Source of the DNA: a virus
DNA: 64,000 nucleotides
Reading direction: 5' to 3' (one strand)
IMG/VR virus record: IMGVR_UViG_3300009448_000011
Location: 32,001-96,000 of that record
The position numbers were made by a program, and so were the translations under genes. Shown here piece by piece: positions 58,430-64,000 of the stretch (position 1 is its first letter; the number at the start of each line of letters is the position of its first letter). Below the pieces are notes generated by a model that was given only the letters and a program-made list of their open reading frames with translations, was not told the origin of the DNA and searched no databases.

Positions 58430-58788
58430 GGCTTATAATATTCCATTCGCACAATCTGTTCATCCAAATAATCTTCATATTGATGTTGTAGAACAGCTTC
58501 TCTAAATAGAAATTCATTATATAAAAATTGTGCATAATTATTATAAGAAACCCCATTATAAGATTTAAAATCTTGTATTAATGGAAATATTTTGCTTGTT
58601 TGAATCGCAATACTTATATCTCTTAAACATAATAATATATGATTATCTTCTAATTCCCAAATAGGAATTTCTACTTTATGTAAAGATAACCATTTAATAT
58701 TTTTATATAACAATCTATTTTCACTTAATTCATTTAATGAAGTTGAACTTGATAGTTTAAATTGTAAGTCAATCATAGTTAATCCCAA
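58426..58788 (-). CDS. Hypothetical protein
   Basis: 120 aa ORF. Confidence 0.45.
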   Translation of the reverse strand: MGLTMIDLQFKLSSSTSLNELSENRLLYKNIKWLSLHKVEIPIWELEDNHILLCLRDISIAIQTSKIFPLIQDFKSYNGVSYNNYAQFLYNEFLFREAVLQHQYEDYLDEQIVRMEYYKP

Positions 58789-59174
58789 AGATGAGGGTAA
58801 GGGTATATAGGGTACGAAATATTTTTATAATCTATAAAAAACGGTATATAAACTGCCAGTTCTCTTTTCCAATAAAAAGTTCCGATTTCAAATCTATTTT
58901 TAAAAGTATTAAATGTAAGTCTTTCTAAATAATATTCTTGTTCCATTTTTTTTAAATATAAATTTTCAAAAAATTCATTTTTAGAAAAAACTTCTTTTCT
59001 GGCACTAATTAGTTTATCATCCCATGCGCTTGCTATCTGTTTTATTTTTTTATCAGTATAATATCCTTCTTCTCTTAATTCTTCTGCAGATTTTTCTAAC
59101 CCTTTTTTATAATTTTTGGTCTTAGGTCTTGCAAAATAATGTGCGTGTTCTATATTTCTTCTAGTTCTAGACAT
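58779..59174 (-). CDS. Hypothetical protein
   Basis: 131 aa ORF. Confidence 0.5.
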   Translation of the reverse strand: MSRTRRNIEHAHYFARPKTKNYKKGLEKSAEELREEGYYTDKKIKQIASAWDDKLISARKEVFSKNEFFENLYLKKMEQEYYLERLTFNTFKNRFEIGTFYWKRELAVYIPFFIDYKNISYPIYPYPHLWD

Positions 59175-59192
59175 ATGAATACCTAAGTTCCC

Positions 59193-59522
59193 TTAATCTT
59201 TCAAGTACAAAGTCTTGTCTTTACAAGTTTTAAATTTACAGGCTTCTACTACACTAAAATCATCAGTGCCGTCTAATCTAGAATACTTCACAATGAAACA
59301 ATTAAAACTAACTAAACCTGTTTCCATATTATAATTATCTAGAGCTTCTCCTAAAGCAATCCATATGTGGTCATATTCTGCTACACATTTTTGTTTACCC
59401 CTACACCTAGTAATTTGAACTTCTTTTAAACATGCTTTATTATTTTTAATTAAACTAATTTTACCGACAATTCTTAATTTGATTCTTTTTTCATAAAATT
59501 TTTCTAATTCTATTCGATACAT
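59193..59522 (-). CDS. Hypothetical protein
   Basis: 109 aa ORF. Confidence 0.5.
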   Translation of the reverse strand: MYRIELEKFYEKRIKLRIVGKISLIKNNKACLKEVQITRCRGKQKCVAEYDHIWIALGEALDNYNMETGLVSFNCFIVKYSRLDGTDDFSVVEACKFKTCKDKTLYLKD

Positions 59523-59548
59523 TTTTAACTAAAACCTTTTTGTTAATA

Positions 59549-60163
59549 TTAAAATTCCTCACAAAGTCCTTTTAATTTTGATATTATTAGATCTACCGGA
59601 TCAATAATACGTCTGGGTTTAAATGTTTCTTGAAACTCTTTTTTAATGATTGAGTAATGCGAACACCCCAACAAAATAGTAGAAGTACACGCAATATTTA
59701 AACGCTCAGTATATTGCATTAAATTGTGGGTAATTAACCCTCCTTTTTCAATATCACTAGACAATATGCTACAAGGAACTTCTATGCAATAATTAAATCG
59801 GCCACTATTTATTGTTTTGGGTGTTGCAAAAATTGTTGTGTTATTTGTTAAAAAAGGTAAACATGTAATTAAATCTAGAACAAGAGTATTAGGCTTACTT
59901 AAAGATTTTAAAAACTCTAAGCAGTTACTAGACAAAGTCATACAAGCCACAATGATTATATCTGGCTTACCTTTGCTATAGATGTAATCCATATGTAATT
60001 TGCATAAAACACATAATCTTTCCGTAGAAATATTGGAATAAGTTTCAAATATCAAAGGGGCATACCTGATAGTTGTAATCGAAGGAAACAAAATATTTAA
60101 TTGTTGTTCTAGATATTTGCCGCCCGCCCCAGAATCAATCACCCCAATTGTCGTAAATTTCAT
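59549..60163 (-). CDS. murI: Glutamate/aspartate racemase-like protein
   Basis: IGVIDSGAGG, VACMT, FATPKT, LLGCSHY, IIDP; both catalytic Cys present. Confidence 0.75.
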   Translation of the reverse strand: MKFTTIGVIDSGAGGKYLEQQLNILFPSITTIRYAPLIFETYSNISTERLCVLCKLHMDYIYSKGKPDIIIVACMTLSSNCLEFLKSLSKPNTLVLDLITCLPFLTNNTTIFATPKTINSGRFNYCIEVPCSILSSDIEKGGLITHNLMQYTERLNIACTSTILLGCSHYSIIKKEFQETFKPRRIIDPVDLIISKLKGLCEEF

Positions 60164-60246
60164 TTTAAATAACCTGCTTATTTTTTTCCTAGATTAATGT
60201 ATTAAATTAAAAAAGCGTTGTCAATATATTAATACAAAACCTTTTT

Positions 60247-60744
60247 ATGAATTTTAATTTTAAAGATACTGTTGAAAAATTATTAAATAGAAAAGCTACT
60301 AATTTAATAACTAAAGTAGTGGAAGCCCCTATTGAGATTACAGAAACATCAGAAGAAGCATCGACAGAAATAAAAACAGAAGGTGCTCTTCAAACTGATA
60401 ACTATCTAACGTTAATAGAATTAATTAAATTAACTTCTCAATCAAGTATAAAAACTCAACCTACCCAAAGTTTATTTACTGCTAAATCTGTTTTAATAGT
60501 ATTTGCTTTTTTATTAACTAGTATTCTTGTTCAGTTAGATAACGCTTTAGCTGATGATGTTTTTTCCTTTAAAGAAGGTATTCAAGTAGCTATTGCTCTA
60601 ATTGGGGCCATATCTACAGTAGCTGCTAGAGGTTCTGAAGGAAATACAGGAATATATACCCCTAATTATATGCTTGGTTTAAATAAAGAAGATTATTCTT
60701 CCAATATTTCTGATAATACAAATTCTGAAACTACTTTTTTTTAA
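60247..60744 (+). CDS. Two-TM membrane protein (holin candidate)
   Basis: Two hydrophobic helices. Confidence 0.4.
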   Translation: MNFNFKDTVEKLLNRKATNLITKVVEAPIEITETSEEASTEIKTEGALQTDNYLTLIELIKLTSQSSIKTQPTQSLFTAKSVLIVFAFLLTSILVQLDNALADDVFSFKEGIQVAIALIGAISTVAARGSEGNTGIYTPNYMLGLNKEDYSSNISDNTNSETTFF

Positions 60745-61487
60745 TTTTTAATTAATTTAATTTGGCTAAATGCTTTATCTAAATTGTATATTTTAAATAT
60801 AAAATAATCTAAATTTACTAGCCAATCATACACATCTTTTGCTAGCCATATATATTGCGTTTTATATGGCATTATTAACATGTGTTTTTCTAAATCTTCT
60901 TTTATATCTTTTAATTTAACTGTTGTATTTATTTCTTTTAATATTTGTCGTACAGTTACCGCTTTTATAAGATTAGGTTTACTTGATAAAGCAAGTCTTT
61001 TATAAAAACATAAATGAGGCGTTAAACTAGCATATTTCTCTGAAAAAATATTAGGCGGATAATTTATATATTTATTGATGCTATCTAAGTAAGGATATAA
61101 TGTGTCTTTTTGCTCCATATGATATTTGTATAACGTATATTCATATAATAGCTGCGACACCGAAAATAAACTCATTTTACAAAAAATACGATTTATTAAC
61201 GTATTATTTAATGTTCTATACGCTGCTTTTAGCAGAAATCCTCTCTTTACATACTTCCTGCTCAGCCCTTTTCCTTGTCCTAACACATCTATATAACTAT
61301 TTAAATTGGTAATATATTCTGAGATTGCTTCTCTACTAGAAAAAGTATAATTATGAAAAAATATTATATATTCTTCTTTAGAAGCTAAATATTTAAATTC
61401 TCCTGTGCAATGGCATAGTAAAACAAAATAAGAAACTTCTATAGGTTTTTTATTTATATAAATTTTATAAGTTTTTTCTAAATACAT
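60741..61487 (-). CDS. Hypothetical protein
   Basis: 248 aa ORF. Confidence 0.5.
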   Translation of the reverse strand: MYLEKTYKIYINKKPIEVSYFVLLCHCTGEFKYLASKEEYIIFFHNYTFSSREAISEYITNLNSYIDVLGQGKGLSRKYVKRGFLLKAAYRTLNNTLINRIFCKMSLFSVSQLLYEYTLYKYHMEQKDTLYPYLDSINKYINYPPNIFSEKYASLTPHLCFYKRLALSSKPNLIKAVTVRQILKEINTTVKLKDIKEDLEKHMLIMPYKTQYIWLAKDVYDWLVNLDYFIFKIYNLDKAFSQIKLIKN

Positions 61488-61917
61488 TTGTTTTTTTCTT
61501 AAATGCGAATATCGATAATAGCATACAAAGTGAAACTATTAAATTGTATACAAAATGTAATTCCAATCGGGGTAGCAAAAATGATCCTATACTTATTCGG
61601 TCCTTTAAAGGAATTTTGTTTAACCATTGATTTAACAAAATTACATGCTCCAAATAATGATACGTTTGTATCCCTATCCCTACATTCCACCAAAATTTGT
61701 TGGTAACTTTGTAGTAGAAATAATTCATCCCTACCAACATATATATTGCAAAAAAATAATGTAGTAATTCATTTTGTATTAATAACGGATACTTTAAACC
61801 AATTAAACCTAAACAATCAAGTCTAGGCCAGTTTAAAAAGTATAATTGGTATACTTGCGCTAAGTGTTCACAAAAATGAATTAATACAATTATTAAAAAA
61901 AGAAAATAGGTAAACAT
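61465..61917 (-). CDS. His-rich multi-TM membrane protein
   Basis: HFCEH, ELLH, HYLEH, ELH motifs within hydrophobic helices. Confidence 0.55.
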   Translation of the reverse strand: MFTYFLFLIIVLIHFCEHLAQVYQLYFLNWPRLDCLGLIGLKYPLLIQNELLHYFFAIYMLVGMNYFYYKVTNKFWWNVGIGIQTYHYLEHVILLNQWLNKIPLKDRISIGSFLLPRLELHFVYNLIVSLCMLLSIFAFKKKTNVFRKNL

Positions 61918-62177
61918 TAATTAAAATTTTGTAATAATTGTTCTATCTGTTTAGCCAAATCTTTTAACTCAGCCCTAGATAATTCTTGTCTGGGTTTTTT
62001 GGGTACATGCGTTACTTCTTTACGCTCTACAGGAATAACGTCTGTCATTCCTATAGTATATAACCAAGTATTTAAACATCTTTTATCATATTTAACATTA
62101 ACTTCTAACCCTAAACGAGCGGCTTCTAACTTTGCTTGACGCATAGTTATTTTTTTAACTTTTTTGTTTTTTTTCAT
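61917..62177 (-). CDS. Hypothetical protein
   Basis: 86 aa ORF. Confidence 0.5.
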   Translation of the reverse strand: MKKNKKVKKITMRQAKLEAARLGLEVNVKYDKRCLNTWLYTIGMTDVIPVERKEVTHVPKKPRQELSRAELKDLAKQIEQLLQNFN

Positions 62178-62210
62178 CTGTAATTCTAAGTATTTAATTA
62201 GTTTAAAATT

Positions 62211-62246
62211 AAAAATCTTTATAGCAAAATTGTTATAAAGATTTTT
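62211..62246. terminator. Bidirectional terminator-like hairpin
   Basis: aaaaatctttatagcaa/ttgttataaagattttt. Confidence 0.5.
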
Positions 62247-62270
62247 GAAGTCTATGTATATTTTTTTAAT

Positions 62271-62687
62271 CTAGAACATTTCAAGCGAATTATCTAGCAT
62301 ATACTCTAGGGAGGCATTACTTGCTTCTGCAACAACTTCTAACTCTAACGAATTTAATCCTAAAGATATTACTGAAGCATTTTGTACATCTATGAAAGAA
62401 TTAGAACTTTCTGTAACAGTAGTATAACTATCATTAGATACTCCTTCCATATTGTTTACTGCGTTTAAAAAAGCTTCTTCAAAAGAAGTGCCTTCACTAT
62501 TTTCTAGTACATTATTATTAATATTTTGTAAATTAGAATTAATAAGATTATTAATACTATTCACTACATTTACTTGTTGAGTAGTAATTTGTTCTAATGT
62601 ATTTTCATACAATTCATTGAAATTATTACTTAACCCATAATCTATATTAGGCGGTATATCCATATCAGGATTAATTATACAACTCAT
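62271..62687 (-). CDS. Asn/Ser-rich acidic hypothetical protein
   Basis: 138 aa ORF. Confidence 0.45.
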   Translation of the reverse strand: MSCIINPDMDIPPNIDYGLSNNFNELYENTLEQITTQQVNVVNSINNLINSNLQNINNNVLENSEGTSFEEAFLNAVNNMEGVSNDSYTTVTESSNSFIDVQNASVISLGLNSLELEVVAEASNASLEYMLDNSLEMF

Positions 62688-62781
62688 TATGTTTTTAATT
62701 TAATATTTTTAATTATTTAAGCGTAGTTATTATGTTTAAAAAAAAAACACATAACGTATTTGTTTGGTGTAAGTATTTCAC

Positions 62782-63108
62782 TTAAGAATCAAAAATAGTA
62801 TCAAAATTTTGATTAACACTTACTACAGGGGGTACTTTTTGAGGTGTAACAATATCGGCAATTTCGTAGTCATCCAAAAAATCCCCGACAATTGTATCAA
62901 CAATTAAATCTTTTGTATTTTTAAATTTATTTAAATTTACCCTTAGATTTTTTGTTTTTTTTAATAAGGTCATTAAAGTTTGTTTTTCTTCATCAGAAAC
63001 ATAAGTATTAAAAATAAATACAAGAGTAGTAAATAGAACTAGGTAAGGATGATCCAAAGTGAATAACAAAAATCCGGAGGCTAGCAAATATTTAAGTATA
63101 TTTTTCAT
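62782..63108 (-). CDS. Membrane-anchored hypothetical protein
   Basis: N-terminal hydrophobic segment. Confidence 0.45.
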   Translation of the reverse strand: MKNILKYLLASGFLLFTLDHPYLVLFTTLVFIFNTYVSDEEKQTLMTLLKKTKNLRVNLNKFKNTKDLIVDTIVGDFLDDYEIADIVTPQKVPPVVSVNQNFDTIFDS

Positions 63109-63116
63109 TTAAATTT

Positions 63117-63467
63117 TTAATATGTGGGTTGGGTTTCAATCCAATCTTTAGTGTAGGAAGCCAAAATTAAGTCTTGTTGAACAAAAGTATAGCCTTGTAT
63201 ATTTTCTACAATGAATATATGTTTACGTTTAAAAAAAGTAACAAGATTTTCTCCAAACATAAGTTCACCAATTAAGTAGTTTTTAACACTACCGTTAAAT
63301 TGGCCAAAATAATAAAGATAAGAAGAAGGTTCTGCTGAATTTTTTGTAGTGGAACTACCTGAAAAAAACTGACAATATTGTTTTTTAAAAATTCTATATA
63401 GTTTTTGTTCAAGTAGAATACTAGGAGTAAGGGAGGTTATTTTGTTTAATTTAAACTTCTGCGTCAT
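63117..63467 (-). CDS. Hypothetical protein
   Basis: 116 aa ORF. Confidence 0.45.
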   Translation of the reverse strand: MTQKFKLNKITSLTPSILLEQKLYRIFKKQYCQFFSGSSTTKNSAEPSSYLYYFGQFNGSVKNYLIGELMFGENLVTFFKRKHIFIVENIQGYTFVQQDLILASYTKDWIETQPTY

Positions 63468-63819
63468 AAAAAGCGTTTTTAAAAATAGAATAAGCTTGAT
63501 TTAAAATTGCAAAAGCATTAGGGTGCCCATCCCTATCAGGATGAAATGTTTTAGATAAAGTTTTATACTTTTGTTTTATAGTAAATAAAGAATCGTTACT
63601 AGAAAAGTTTAAAATTTTTATTGCTTTAGTAGCAGCTACTACAGGATCATCCCCAAAATATTCTTCTGGTAATATGTTAATCCATTCTGATTGGGGGCCT
63701 AAAATTTTACTAATATTCTTAAAAGAACTTTTTTTATATATAGGGGCTCCTTTACCAGTAGTAAGATAGATAATAGTTTTTTTAAATCTTCGATCTAATA
63801 ATTTAATGTTTATGTTCAT
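63451..63819 (-). CDS. J-domain (DnaJ-like) protein
   Basis: IKQKYKTLSKTFHPDRDG...AFAILNQAY. Confidence 0.8.
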   Translation of the reverse strand: MNINIKLLDRRFKKTIIYLTTGKGAPIYKKSSFKNISKILGPQSEWINILPEEYFGDDPVVAATKAIKILNFSSNDSLFTIKQKYKTLSKTFHPDRDGHPNAFAILNQAYSIFKNAFYDAEV

Positions 63820-64000
63820 TTGTAAGTGTGGGTGTAAAATAGGGGTTAAAAAGTAGATATTATTTTATCTATAGTTTTTTCATGAGACTGAATTAAACAT
63901 TTAGCATCTAGAGTTAAATGTTCAAAATTCCGATAAGATACATCATCAATATCATCATTTGCATGTAGTAACTGAGTATCCAAATTATAGTAAGTTAAGC

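Noticed and set aside
1-64000. tRNA or rRNA genes
   Set aside because: None recognised by eye; tRNAscan-SE would be needed to exclude them.

Overview
AT-rich (roughly 25-30% GC by eye) segment of a large dsDNA phage, most likely a cyanophage: it carries a CpcS/CpeS-type lyase, a cyanobacterial-looking IS200/IS605 tnpB element, PhoH and a tail-collar fibre gene. It is mostly a minus-strand replication, recombination and nucleotide-metabolism region: primase, Pif1/RecD-like and SF2 helicases, SSB-like protein, DnaX/DnaN-like clamp loader and clamp, a split family-A polymerase, RecA, ligase, NrdAB, ThyA, DHFR, rIIA-like, and a MoxR-vWA module. Selfish elements are abundant: three inteins, three group I introns that I reconstructed by hand (two in polA, one in a MoxR ATPase) and one tnpB element. 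The main discovery is a ~1 kb cassette present four times on the + strand, antisense to its surroundings. Each copy has a sigma70-type promoter and ORF A (~190 aa, J-domain-like HPD motif, C-terminus ending -PF). ORF A is overlapped by 335-404 nt in the +1 frame by ORF B (~250 aa, PD-(D/E)xK nuclease motif). Three copies sit inside the three group I introns, each in a different structural position and each followed by a hairpin; the fourth is free-standing. This looks like an undescribed two-frame, antisense homing-endonuclease or addiction module. All family assignments come from motif recognition without database searches.
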